Assembly (NCBI GenBank): GCA_028712565.1
Contig: JAQTPW010000001.1
Span: forward strand, 77,114 to 141,113
From: Minisyncoccota bacterium
GTDB taxonomy: Bacteria; Patescibacteriota; Minisyncoccia; Minisyncoccales; JAQTPW01
Direction: 5' to 3'
DNA: 64,000 bases
The translations under genes were made by a program, and so were the position numbers. Positions 17,961 through 27,626 of the stretch are shown in pieces. Positions within the stretch are counted from its first letter, which is position 1. The number at the start of each line of letters is the position of its first letter. Below the pieces are notes generated by a model. The model worked only from the letters and a program-made list of their open reading frames with translations, did no database searches and had not been told where the DNA came from.

Positions 17961-19520
17961 CTAAAATTTTTCCGACGCTTCTTTTAATCTTTTTAAAACT
18001 TTTTCCTTTCCTAAAATTTCTGCGACTTCAAAAGGCCCGGCAGATGCCTGTTTTCCGGTAAGGGCTGCCCTAAGAGGCCAAAGAGTTTTTCCCCTATCCC
18101 CTGCCCTTTCAGCTTCGGGCAATATTTTAGTTTCCAAATTTTCCCGCGACCATTCTTCTTGAGGAATTTCAGAAATTATTTTTTCCAAATTTTCCAAAGA
18201 AATTTTTATTTCAGAATCTGACATTTCTTTCCATTTCAGCAAATTTTTGTCATAATCTAATTTTTCTTTGAAGAAAAAATCAGTGAGTTCGGAAATTTCC
18301 GACAGCTTTTTTAATCTTTCTTTGTAAATGGAAATAATTTTTTGCAGAGTTTCCAAGGTTATTTCTTCTCCAGTTTCAATAGCTTTATAGCGCAATAAAA
18401 TTTCTTTTGCCCCATAAGCTGGCGGATATTGTTCGGTTTTGAAAATCGGTTGGATAAAATTAGCATCGATAAAATATGGGATTGAGAGTTCGGTAATTTT
18501 TTCCAAAGATCTTTCCCGGATATAAAACCCATTTAGAAAATCTAATCTTTTTGTATTAAAAATAGCTCCTGCTTTTTGGACTTTTTCCAGAGAAAATTCT
18601 TTGATTAAAGAATTCATCGAATAAATTTCCCTTTCGGTTCCCGGATTCCAGCCCAAAAAAACCATAAAATTAACCAGAGCTTCGGGCAAATATCCTTGTT
18701 TCTTGTATTCAGAAACCGCAGTGGCGCCGTGGCGCTTTGAGAGTTTTGACCGGTCTTGCCCTAGAATCATCGGCAAATGGGCGTATTGCACTTTTGGAAA
18801 TTCCAGGGCCTCTTGGATTAAAATTTGCTTTGGCGTATTCGGGATATGGTCATCGCCTCTTATTACATGAGAAATTTTCATTTCGTAATCATCAATAACT
18901 CCGGCCAAAATAAACAAAGGATATCTTAAATTTTTAGCAATGACTATATCGCCGGAAAGCGACATGTCAAATTCCAGATCTCCCTTGATAATATCTTTAA
19001 AATCAACTTTTTTAGGATTTACCTTAAAGCGAATAACGCAGGGTTTTTTATTTATTAAATTTTCCTCTACTTCTTCTTTTGATAAATTTTTGCATTTTCC
19101 TGAATATTTTGGCGCTTCTCCCCGGCTTAGCTGGTATTGCCTTTGGGCTTCCAGGTCTTCTTCGGTGCAAAAACAGTAATACGCATTTCCGTCCGCTAAA
19201 AGTTTTTTTATGTATTTTTCATAAATATCCAATCTTTCTCTTTGCCTGTAGGGTCCAAAATTTCCGCCGACATCCGGGCCCTCGTCATGATGAATGCCCA
19301 GCCATTTCAAGCTTTCTAAAATATCTTTATCATATTCTGATTTTGATCTTTCAATGTCGGTATCTTCAATCCTTAAAATATATTTGCCATTATTTTGTTT
19401 TGCAAAAAGATAATTAAAGAGTGCGACTCTGCTTCCACCAATATGCAAAAATCCCGTTGGAGAGGGCGCGTAGCGGACCCGGATTTCATTTTGAGTTGAA
19501 AGTTTAAAATCTTCAGCCAT
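17961..19520 (-). CDS. gltX: Glutamate--tRNA ligase
   Basis: Class I HIGH motif (PSPTGFLHIGGSR) and KMSKS-like KLSKR; 519 aa. Confidence 0.95.
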   Translation of the reverse strand: MAEDFKLSTQNEIRVRYAPSPTGFLHIGGSRVALFNYLFAKQNNGKYILRIEDTDIERSKSEYDKDILESLKWLGIHHDEGPDVGGNFGPYRQRERLDIYEKYIKKLLADGNAYYCFCTEEDLEAQRQYQLSRGEAPKYSGKCKNLSKEEVEENLINKKPCVIRFKVNPKKVDFKDIIKGDLEFDMSLSGDIVIAKNLRYPLFILAGVIDDYEMKISHVIRGDDHIPNTPKQILIQEALEFPKVQYAHLPMILGQDRSKLSKRHGATAVSEYKKQGYLPEALVNFMVFLGWNPGTEREIYSMNSLIKEFSLEKVQKAGAIFNTKRLDFLNGFYIRERSLEKITELSIPYFIDANFIQPIFKTEQYPPAYGAKEILLRYKAIETGEEITLETLQKIISIYKERLKKLSEISELTDFFFKEKLDYDKNLLKWKEMSDSEIKISLENLEKIISEIPQEEWSRENLETKILPEAERAGDRGKTLWPLRAALTGKQASAGPFEVAEILGKEKVLKRLKEASEKF

Positions 19521-19521
19521 G

Positions 19522-20649
19522 CTATTTTAAATATTCTAATAAATATCCGGCAATTGTTTTGCTTGCCTGGGGTTTGGCAAATTCCAAAGCCGCCTTTTGC
19601 ATATTTTTCATTTCTTCAGGCCTCATTATCAGGAATTTTAATTTGTCTAAGAAAAAATGCGGGGCTAAATTCGATTCTTCAATTACCAAGCCGGCGCCGC
19701 TTTCGGCATAGATATACGCATTTTTTAGCTGGTGTTCTTGTGCGGATTCGGAAAGCGGAATTAAAATACAAGGTTTTCCAACGCTGGCAATTTCAAATAT
19801 GCTGCCAGATCCTGCCCGGCTGACAATAATTTCTGCCGCCGCATAAGCTGTTTTCATTTCGTCTTCATCCAGAAACGGAAAGATGTGATAGTATTTTCCC
19901 AAATCTTCGGTAACCATAATTGGGCTTTCGGTTTTAACTTGTAAAAAATTTTTTTCGCCGCATTGGTGGATAATTTCAAATTCTTTCAGAAGATATGGCA
20001 GAATTTCAATAACAGTATCATTTATTTTTTGCGCGCCCTGACTTCCTCCCAATATTAAAACCAGTGGTTTGTCGCCTGAGAGATTAAACATTTTTTGCGC
20101 ATTTTCCGGATTTCCGTCAAGAATTTCTTTTCTTATCGGGTTTCCAACCAAGATCACTCTTTTAAAAGGCTGTGGCTCCCCTTTTTTTATCGGAAAAGAA
20201 ATAAAAACTTCGGAAGCAAAAAAACTTAGAAACTTATTTGCAAGCCCCGGCGTTGCGTCAGATTCATGCAGGAAAATCGGAACTCTTAAAATCCAGCCGG
20301 AAATTACCGCAGGCAAAGATCCATACCCGCCTTTGCTAAAAATTACGTCGGGAGTCAAAACAAAAATATAAAGGAATGCCTGTAAAATTCCGATTGGGGC
20401 TTTGATAAAGATATCAATGATATTTTCAAAGAAACTTTTAAATCCCCAATACCTTCTGATTTTTCCCGCCAAAATAGTTTCTTTATGGATATTTTCTTTT
20501 AATAAAAAATCTGAACTGAATTTATCTTTTGGCCCAAGAAAATAAAACTTGATGTCATCTTTTGCATGCATTTTTTTAATTTCCCGGGTAATTGCGATTA
20601 TCGGAGCTATATGTCCGGCAGTGCCGCCGCCGGTAAATAAAATTTTCAT
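19522..20649 (-). CDS. murG: Undecaprenyldiphospho-muramoylpentapeptide beta-N-acetylglucosaminyltransferase
   Basis: MKILFTGGGTAGHIAPIIAI N-terminus; GT28 architecture; sits in a dcw cluster. Confidence 0.9.
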   Translation of the reverse strand: MKILFTGGGTAGHIAPIIAITREIKKMHAKDDIKFYFLGPKDKFSSDFLLKENIHKETILAGKIRRYWGFKSFFENIIDIFIKAPIGILQAFLYIFVLTPDVIFSKGGYGSLPAVISGWILRVPIFLHESDATPGLANKFLSFFASEVFISFPIKKGEPQPFKRVILVGNPIRKEILDGNPENAQKMFNLSGDKPLVLILGGSQGAQKINDTVIEILPYLLKEFEIIHQCGEKNFLQVKTESPIMVTEDLGKYYHIFPFLDEDEMKTAYAAAEIIVSRAGSGSIFEIASVGKPCILIPLSESAQEHQLKNAYIYAESGAGLVIEESNLAPHFFLDKLKFLIMRPEEMKNMQKAALEFAKPQASKTIAGYLLEYLK

Positions 20650-20656
20650 ATAAGGT

Positions 20657-21778
20657 TTATGATGATTTTGAAATATTAAGCAGTATTCCTACGCCGATTA
20701 ATTCCGAAACCAAGGCAGAGCCGCCATAACTTATAAACGGCAAAGGAACTCCGGCCAAGGGCAAAAGCCCAACCATAGATCCGATATTAATTACTGCCTG
20801 AATTAAAATCCAAGAAGTGATTCCAAAGGCCAACAGTTGGGAAAATTGATTTTGCCCGCTTTTTCCGATTTTAAATCCTTGGACCAAAAATGTCAAAAAA
20901 AGGAGAATGAAAATCGCAGCGCCTATGAATCCAGTTTCTTCGGCCAATATTGCAAAAATTGAATCGGACATGGGTTCGGGCAAAAAGCCAAATTGCTGGC
21001 GGGATATTCCCAAACCCAAACCAAAGATTCCTCCAGAGCCAATTGTAATTAATGCTTGTTTTGCCTGATAGCCCAAACCCATAGGGCTGGTTTCCGGTTT
21101 TAAAAATACTAAAAGCCGATTGGCGCGGTAAGGGGCGATTTTTATTGCCAAAAATAATATGCCAATGCCGAATAAAATCAGGAAAATTGTGTGCAATACC
21201 GGCGTTCCGGACAGAAAATACATAATAGCCGCAACCGTAGCAATGACTCCCAAAGTGCTGATGTCTGGCTGAAAAAATAGAAGTATGCCTATAACCCCAA
21301 CAACCGCCAGAAATGCAATTAAAGTTTTGCTGAAATCTTTTGGAGATTTTTTTTGGCTGATTTTTTCATGCTGGGCAGAAAGCCATGCCGCCAAATAAAT
21401 AATAAAGGTTAATTTTAAAAATTCCGAGGGCTGGAGGGAAAATATTCTAAAATTTAGCCAGCGGCTTGCTCCTCCTAAAGTGGTTCCAATTTTTGGCAAA
21501 AAAACCATTGCCAATAAAATTAGATTTATTAAAAGCGCAACCCAAACCCATTTTTTTATGAAATTCAAATCAATTCTATAAGCGACAAAACCCAGCAGGA
21601 CTCCCGGGATTATCCCATAAAAAATTTGGTGGTTTAAATAGTGGTAAGTATTTCCAAATTTGTCTAAAGAAATTGAAGCCGAAACACTGGATAATACTAA
21701 AATCCCAAAAGTTAATATCGCCAAAGTCACTCCCAATAAAATAAAGTCAGGTTTTTTGTAATTGGTATTTTTGGGCAT
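20657..21778 (-). CDS. ftsW: SEDS family cell-division / peptidoglycan polymerase FtsW/RodA
   Basis: Polytopic membrane protein with C-terminal GVPLPFISYGGSALV motif; sits between murD and murG. Confidence 0.9.
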   Translation of the reverse strand: MPKNTNYKKPDFILLGVTLAILTFGILVLSSVSASISLDKFGNTYHYLNHQIFYGIIPGVLLGFVAYRIDLNFIKKWVWVALLINLILLAMVFLPKIGTTLGGASRWLNFRIFSLQPSEFLKLTFIIYLAAWLSAQHEKISQKKSPKDFSKTLIAFLAVVGVIGILLFFQPDISTLGVIATVAAIMYFLSGTPVLHTIFLILFGIGILFLAIKIAPYRANRLLVFLKPETSPMGLGYQAKQALITIGSGGIFGLGLGISRQQFGFLPEPMSDSIFAILAEETGFIGAAIFILLFLTFLVQGFKIGKSGQNQFSQLLAFGITSWILIQAVINIGSMVGLLPLAGVPLPFISYGGSALVSELIGVGILLNISKSS

Positions 21779-21779
21779 C

Positions 21780-21933
21780 CCAGTATATCAACTTCCAGTG
21801 CCAGACGTCTGTTGGCATTGGTATTTATATTTAATTAATCTTAAACCCAGAGATCTCCTTATGTGCCTTTTGTTATTTTTCTGGCTTTCCAGAACATATA
21901 CATAGAAGAACACGCTGGAAGTTGTATTACTGG
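21780..21933. repeat. Imperfect ~21-bp inverted repeats bracketing the murD-ftsW intergenic spacer
   Basis: cccagtatatcaacttccagtg at 21779-21800 versus the reverse complement of cacgctggaagttgtattactggg at 21911-21934; the gggcat/atgccc motif is present at both ends. Confidence 0.4.
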
Positions 21934-23195
21934 GCATACTTTTTTACAAATTTTTTGAATAAGTCCCCTTTTTCTTGATAATCGCGGAAAATGCTAAAAC
22001 TAGTAGAGGCGCAGGATAATAAAGCGATTTTTCCTTTTTCTGTGACGCTGTAGGCAATTTTTACCGCATCTTCCATATTATCGACAAAAAAATGTTGCGG
22101 TACGTGTTCGCTATGGGATTGCCGGAGGATTTCGCGCCAAATTTTTTCGCCCGTTGTCGGAAATAAAATCAAATTTTTTATATTTTTATTTTTTAAAATT
22201 TCTTTTGCTAATTTTTTAAAATCTATATTTCGGTCAAAACCGCCCAAAAAAATCGTCTGGACATCTTTTCCAAGTTTTTCAATTGCAAAAATGGCAGTTT
22301 CAGGAATTGTTGATAAGGCATCGTTATAAAAAGTGATGCCTTTATAAGTTCCAACCAATTCCAACCTGTGAGGAAGGGATTTGAATCCATTAATCGCTTT
22401 TTCAATAATTTTTTCGGGAATTTCGAATATCTTTCCGACTTGCCGTGCCGCATTTTTATCTAAATCATAATACTCCCCTTTTATCGGAATTTTTTTTGCT
22501 TTCGATTTTTTGGCAAATTCTTTTATAAGCTTATCTTCTGAATTATAAACTAAATAATCGCCCTTTTTTTGATACAGGGTGATATTTGCTTTAGATCGGG
22601 CGTATTCTTGGAAATTTCTATAATAATCTAAATGTTCGTGAAAAATATTTAAAAAAACAGCAATATGGGGAGATTTTTTGAGATTACATAGCTGATGGCT
22701 GGAAAGTTCGTAAACATAAACTTCTTTTTTGGTGGCATTTTTAAGGAAATTTAAAACTGGCGTTCCGATATTCCCAACCAAATGCGCAGGAATTCCAGCT
22801 TCTTTTAGAATTGCGTAGATCAAAGACGTGGTTGTGCTTTTTCCTTTAGTTCCCGTAATGCCGACAATTTGTCCGGGACAATTTTCAAAAAAAATATCGG
22901 TTTGAGTTTTTATTTTTTTTAATGCAGATTTTGGCAAAATTTTAAAAGGAATTCCCGGAGATTTAATAACGATATCGTAATTTTTCAACGAACTAAGATA
23001 ATCTTTTCCAACGTGTAGTTGTACGTTTTTATCTTTTATCTTTAATCTTAAATCTTTAATCTGATCTGCGACGCCGATTATTTTCTTTGGAAACAACTTT
23101 CTCAAAAACAAAAAAGTATCCTGTCCTTCTCTGCCAAAACCGAGAATCGCAATTCTCGCCCCGTACCAATTTTGCCATAGCTTTTTTATATCCAT
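21927..23195 (-). CDS. murD: UDP-N-acetylmuramoylalanine--D-glutamate ligase
   Basis: Mur ligase P-loop GITGTKGKSTTTSLI; N-terminal Rossmann segment typical of MurD; 422 aa. Confidence 0.9.
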   Translation of the reverse strand: MDIKKLWQNWYGARIAILGFGREGQDTFLFLRKLFPKKIIGVADQIKDLRLKIKDKNVQLHVGKDYLSSLKNYDIVIKSPGIPFKILPKSALKKIKTQTDIFFENCPGQIVGITGTKGKSTTTSLIYAILKEAGIPAHLVGNIGTPVLNFLKNATKKEVYVYELSSHQLCNLKKSPHIAVFLNIFHEHLDYYRNFQEYARSKANITLYQKKGDYLVYNSEDKLIKEFAKKSKAKKIPIKGEYYDLDKNAARQVGKIFEIPEKIIEKAINGFKSLPHRLELVGTYKGITFYNDALSTIPETAIFAIEKLGKDVQTIFLGGFDRNIDFKKLAKEILKNKNIKNLILFPTTGEKIWREILRQSHSEHVPQHFFVDNMEDAVKIAYSVTEKGKIALLSCASTSFSIFRDYQEKGDLFKKFVKKYAQ

Positions 23196-23228
23196 ATATT
23201 TAAAAATAACATAAATTTTGACCTTTTT

Positions 23229-23264
23229 GAAATTAAAAACCCCCTCGAGCTACGAGAGGGTTAC
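23229..23264 (-). terminator. Rho-independent terminator for the minus-strand operon ending at 23288
   Basis: aaccccctcg agcta cgagagggtt; on the minus strand it is followed by tttttaatttc. Confidence 0.6.
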
Positions 23265-23287
23265 GAATTGTTTTACGGTATTTAATA

Positions 23288-24022
23288 TTAGATTTTCGTG
23301 GTAGGATAAAGTCCCAAGATTTTTGCTTCTTTTTCCATGGCTTCGATTAAGGTATTTAGCTGATACCTTCTTTTCTGGTACATTTCGAAGTCATCTTCAA
23401 CAGCCGTTTGTTCTGCGGGATGGATATAATTTACTTCCACCCCGATTACTTTTTTTCCATCTTTAATTGCTCGAAGGACTGGAATAAATATGGAGTCCCA
23501 TTGGTCTCCGTATTCTCCTTTGTAGTTCAAGAAGTAGGGCGCAATTTCCGGTCTGAAAATTCTGGGCCCTGACCAAGCATCCAGGACCCGGCCGGTAAGC
23601 AAACGGAATGCTTCATTTCCCAGCCATTCAAAGTGCTGCTGGATTAATGGATAAGAGCTTAAACTTCTTCTTTTCGGAATAACGAGATCGGCAATCCCGG
23701 CGGTTATTGGTTCGATAAGTTTAGCAAGATATGGGACGAGCGGTGCTTTTTCTGGTTCCATCCATATTATAACCCCATTAGTCCCAGTTAAGTCATTTGC
23801 GAGTTGAATTGCGATGCGTCTGCCTACACCCATTCCCGTTGCCGAATCTGCAACTTTTGCCCCATATTTGCGGAAAATATCTTTTATTTCCGGGGGCGAG
23901 TTGTCGACAACGATAATCTCGTAACCTAACTCGCTAGCTTGTTTTACGGTTTCTATCGCAAGTTTTGCGCGAACATCTTGCAGGGCTTTGTACATCGTGG
24001 TCGTAGCAATAACTGCGGCCAT
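23288..24022 (-). CDS. GT-A-fold nucleotide-sugar transferase-like protein (GpgS/DPM1-like resemblance); GC-richer than the flanking genes
   Basis: EIIVVDNSPPEIKDIF and GMGVGRRIAIQ...VIIWMEPE segments loosely resemble GT2/GT81 cores; 244 aa; assignment is weak. Confidence 0.35.
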   Translation of the reverse strand: MAAVIATTTMYKALQDVRAKLAIETVKQASELGYEIIVVDNSPPEIKDIFRKYGAKVADSATGMGVGRRIAIQLANDLTGTNGVIIWMEPEKAPLVPYLAKLIEPITAGIADLVIPKRRSLSSYPLIQQHFEWLGNEAFRLLTGRVLDAWSGPRIFRPEIAPYFLNYKGEYGDQWDSIFIPVLRAIKDGKKVIGVEVNYIHPAEQTAVEDDFEMYQKRRYQLNTLIEAMEKEAKILGLYPTTKI

Positions 24023-24078
24023 TTAATCCTCCTTCTTTCCCTATTTTGCTGATAAATTACCTCGTTAGTTATAACAGA

Positions 24079-25395
24079 TTATCTTAATTTTGTCAAAAGG
24101 AAGGGCACTTTTCCTAATTTTTTTGCTTTTTCAAGGCAAAATTGAAATGCTTTCTTGCTTTCTTTTTTTGTGCCGACGCATTCAAAGGGTTTTATACTCC
24201 CCTGCCCTAGCAGGCCTTTCATTGTCGGAAGCAAACTTTTATTTACAAAAATATCTTTCCCAAAAATTTTTATTAAATCCTTTTCTTTTAAATACGGATA
24301 TAAACTCATATAAACAAAAAGGCATTTCGGGCAATTCCCGCACCAACGCTCCTTTGCGCGTAAAGTTCCTTGAGAATTGATTCTCATTCCGGCGTTGCAG
24401 CTGGAAAAAACGGAAAAATATTGCTGATAATTTGTCAGCATTTTGGAAATTTCGAGTTCTGAATATTTTCTTAAATAACTGAAATAATTTATATTTTTTG
24501 CCAAAAATTTTTTACAATAAATTTTGAATTTTTTTTCAAAATACGAACTTTTTGCCCATTGATGGTTGATTATTTTCCCCAGATATTTTACATTGCCCTC
24601 GTTGGCGCTTTTTTCATTGGAAAATGCGATATTTTTATAGTCGAATATTACGGCGCAAATTACGGAAATAAAAGACAATAAGGCAGTAAAAGGCGTATGG
24701 CCGTTTAAATACCCTTTTTTATTTAACTCTAAAAGTTTTTTATCAATTATTCTCTGGACTATAATTTGTTTTTTAATCCCGGAAATCTTTACGGTTTTTT
24801 GGATTTTCTCAACGGAGTTAACGGTAAATAAAGAAATTTCTTTTTTTTGTTTTTTCAAACTTTCTAAAGTAACAATTGAATCCCGGCCGCCGGCAAACGG
24901 CACCAAATACCTGTTTTTTAATTGTTTTTCATAGTTGTCCCCTATTTTCTTGCTAACAGAAATAATTTGCAAAAAATCTTTTTTCTGCCAGTCAATTTTA
25001 TTTTCGTAAAAAAATTGCCCCATTCCATCAATTATTAAATTTTTCCACCATTTAATTTGTTCAGGGTATAAAAATCCGGCCGGAATTTCAATTTCCGGAG
25101 AACAGGTGGCTTTCCAATAACTGGGAATTTCCATTAGCCCTAAGTTAAAAATTAAATTATTCAATACGCTATCCCCTATTTTGTGCAAACGTTTTTTATC
25201 AATATTTTTTATTATTATTTTTGGTTTAAAATGTATATCGGAAATCCTTCCTCGTTCTGCGGAGCTTCCGAGGACAAAGTGAAAAAAAATTTCCAAATCA
25301 TTCTTTGAAAATTTATATTCAAAACTTTTATATACAAATCTTGGGTATTTTTTCCGTAATTCTTGTAATTTGTAATTTATAATTTGTAATTTCAT
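24079..25395 (-). CDS. PP-loop ATP pyrophosphatase superfamily protein (QueC/WbuX-like; candidate N-acetyl-sugar amidotransferase)
   Basis: PP-loop VPFAGGRDS (SGGxDS-type) plus C-terminal zinc-type CGNCPKC; 438 aa; start shares ATGA with the mraY stop. Confidence 0.5.
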   Translation of the reverse strand: MKLQIINYKLQELRKKYPRFVYKSFEYKFSKNDLEIFFHFVLGSSAERGRISDIHFKPKIIIKNIDKKRLHKIGDSVLNNLIFNLGLMEIPSYWKATCSPEIEIPAGFLYPEQIKWWKNLIIDGMGQFFYENKIDWQKKDFLQIISVSKKIGDNYEKQLKNRYLVPFAGGRDSIVTLESLKKQKKEISLFTVNSVEKIQKTVKISGIKKQIIVQRIIDKKLLELNKKGYLNGHTPFTALLSFISVICAVIFDYKNIAFSNEKSANEGNVKYLGKIINHQWAKSSYFEKKFKIYCKKFLAKNINYFSYLRKYSELEISKMLTNYQQYFSVFSSCNAGMRINSQGTLRAKERWCGNCPKCLFVYMSLYPYLKEKDLIKIFGKDIFVNKSLLPTMKGLLGQGSIKPFECVGTKKESKKAFQFCLEKAKKLGKVPFLLTKLR

Positions 25396-26543
25396 TATAA
25401 TAATCTTATTGCCACACCAATGACTGCCAAAATTACGCTAATTATCCAAAAGCGCATTGTAACCTTATAAGACGGCCAGCCCTTTGCCTCAAAATGGTGG
25501 TGAATCGGAGTGGAAAGCCAGATTTTTTTGTGGCGGAATTTTTTAGATAACAATTGCAATATAATAGATCCCACTTCCAATACTAAAATTCCGGCGATAA
25601 TCGGCAAGACAACAACCGAATCTGTTAAAAAGGCAACAACAGTCATAGTTGAGGTCAATCCCAGAATTCCGGTTTCTGACATAAAAAATCTGGCAGGAGG
25701 TATGTTAAACCATAAAAAGGTAAATAAGGCGCCGACAATTGCTAGGCAAAATGTGGCTAAATCAAATTTTCCGGTAGCTAACGCCATATTTCCTGAGGCC
25801 AAAGCCGACTGTCCTTGTGAAAAAGCAATAATTGAAAAAGCGCCAAAAATTGTGGCAAAAACTCCGCCGGCCAATCCATCCAAGCCATCGACAACTCCGC
25901 CTGACCAGGAAGCCAGCATTACCAAAATAAATAAAGGTATTATCCAAATGCCGATTGTAAAATCAACGCCTTGAGGGAAATTTCCTATCAAAGGGATATG
26001 AATTGTTTTCCAGCCCAGCAGAAAATAAAACCACAGCCCCCCAATTAAACCTATTAAAAAAACGAATGATAATCTGCGCTTGAAGCTCATTCCTCCGCCA
26101 ATATATTTTCCCTTTCCAAAAACAGTCAATGCGTCGTCAATCAAGCCCACAATAGAACCGGCGACCAAAGCAAAGAGCGGCAGCCAAGTTCCGCTTCGTG
26201 ATAAAAAGTTAATTTTTTTAAGCCACCAAGGATTTGGAAAAAATGAAAGGCCAAAAAATAAAAATATTACCAATAAAACCGAAATCCAAATTAACAAACC
26301 GCCGCCCCTTGGAGTCCCAACTTCTTTTTCTTTATGCAGAGAATAAAAAATATTTGCCTGCTCTCCGGTAATTGTTTTTGCCCTAGCTTCCTTTTTCCAA
26401 AACTTAAATTTGTATAAAAGCTTTATCAAAAAAGGAGCCAGCAGAAAAGACAAAGATGCGGTAATTGCCGCAATGGAAAAAAATTTTATTACGTTAAAAG
26501 TAAAAAGCGTCATGAAAATTATTTTGCTAAATTTGAATTCCAA
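25395..26543 (-). CDS. mraY: Phospho-N-acetylmuramoyl-pentapeptide transferase
   Basis: GLIDDALTV, VVDGLDGLAGG and TPIHHHFE motifs; polytopic; an alternative start at 26513 would remove the overlap with the upstream gene. Confidence 0.85.
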   Translation of the reverse strand: MEFKFSKIIFMTLFTFNVIKFFSIAAITASLSFLLAPFLIKLLYKFKFWKKEARAKTITGEQANIFYSLHKEKEVGTPRGGGLLIWISVLLVIFLFFGLSFFPNPWWLKKINFLSRSGTWLPLFALVAGSIVGLIDDALTVFGKGKYIGGGMSFKRRLSFVFLIGLIGGLWFYFLLGWKTIHIPLIGNFPQGVDFTIGIWIIPLFILVMLASWSGGVVDGLDGLAGGVFATIFGAFSIIAFSQGQSALASGNMALATGKFDLATFCLAIVGALFTFLWFNIPPARFFMSETGILGLTSTMTVVAFLTDSVVVLPIIAGILVLEVGSIILQLLSKKFRHKKIWLSTPIHHHFEAKGWPSYKVTMRFWIISVILAVIGVAIRLL

Positions 26544-27619
26544 ACTTCATTAACCCATTTCCAGCTTGCATCCATGCCGCCGAAAAACCAGATTTTATCT
26601 TGAAAAACCAATGCGGTTATATCTTCTCTGCCAAGCCATATGGGATCTTCTTTTGTTTTTTGCCAATTTATTCCATCGGCAGAATACCAAATATCATTTG
26701 CGCCTCCGTTTATAGCATCATTAAATCTTCCAATTACCCAGAGGTAATTTTTATATGCAACAGAACCAAATCCCTGCCGCGTCTGCCAAGGAGCACTTTC
26801 AGAAACCTGCGTCCAGCTTATTCCGTCTTCAGAATTCCAAACGTCATTATATATTTTATTATTCAAATCCATTCCGCCCAATAACCAAAGTTTTCCGGAA
26901 AATTCCACAACTTCATGATCCCAGCGGCCTTCCCAAGCCGCATTGGAAGTTGCTTGGATCCAATTGATTCCGTCTTCAGAATACCAGACATCGTTTTTTG
27001 TAATTCCTAAATCATATCTTACGCCGCCCAATATCCAGAGCTTGTCTTTAAAAACTACCAATTGATGTCCTTCTCTGCCCTGCCATGCGGCATTGGAAGC
27101 TTCCATTCGCCAATTTATTCCATCCGTACTTGACCAAATGTCGTTTGCACAGCCAATTGCCGGCCCCCAGCCGCCTATTAACCAAAGCTTGTCTTTAAAA
27201 ACCGCGAGCTGAATAGATCTTCTTTTTCCCCAAGGGGCGTCTTGAGTAATTAGCTGCCAATCTTTTCCATTTTCAGAAGCCCATACGTCGCTAAAATGCG
27301 GCGCTCTCCAATATTGAACCATATTAGGGGCCAAAATACTGTCATTTCCATCCAGACCGCCCATTAGCCAAAGTTTGTCTTTAAAAACTATAGCCGAATA
27401 TGAATCGCGGGCTTCCCAAGCCGCATTTGACGTTGCCATTTCCCAAGTTAGCAAGCCCGGGTCAAAAATATTTTCCTTTTCATTGTTTTTTTTCTCGGAT
27501 TTTTGCCCGGGAAAAATTTGGATTTCGTTTGTTTTTTTAATTAAAAAAACTCCTGCGGAGATTAGTATTAGAAACAAAGCTGAAATTGCCAGTTTTTGCA
27601 AAAAACTTTTTGAACTCAT
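26519..27619 (-). CDS. Membrane-anchored Kelch-repeat beta-propeller protein
   Basis: Six repeats of DKLW(L/I)xGG with conserved W/Y spacing; N-terminal TM/signal anchor. Confidence 0.7.
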   Translation of the reverse strand: MSSKSFLQKLAISALFLILISAGVFLIKKTNEIQIFPGQKSEKKNNEKENIFDPGLLTWEMATSNAAWEARDSYSAIVFKDKLWLMGGLDGNDSILAPNMVQYWRAPHFSDVWASENGKDWQLITQDAPWGKRRSIQLAVFKDKLWLIGGWGPAIGCANDIWSSTDGINWRMEASNAAWQGREGHQLVVFKDKLWILGGVRYDLGITKNDVWYSEDGINWIQATSNAAWEGRWDHEVVEFSGKLWLLGGMDLNNKIYNDVWNSEDGISWTQVSESAPWQTRQGFGSVAYKNYLWVIGRFNDAINGGANDIWYSADGINWQKTKEDPIWLGREDITALVFQDKIWFFGGMDASWKWVNEVWNSNLAK

Positions 27620-27626
27620 TTTAAAA

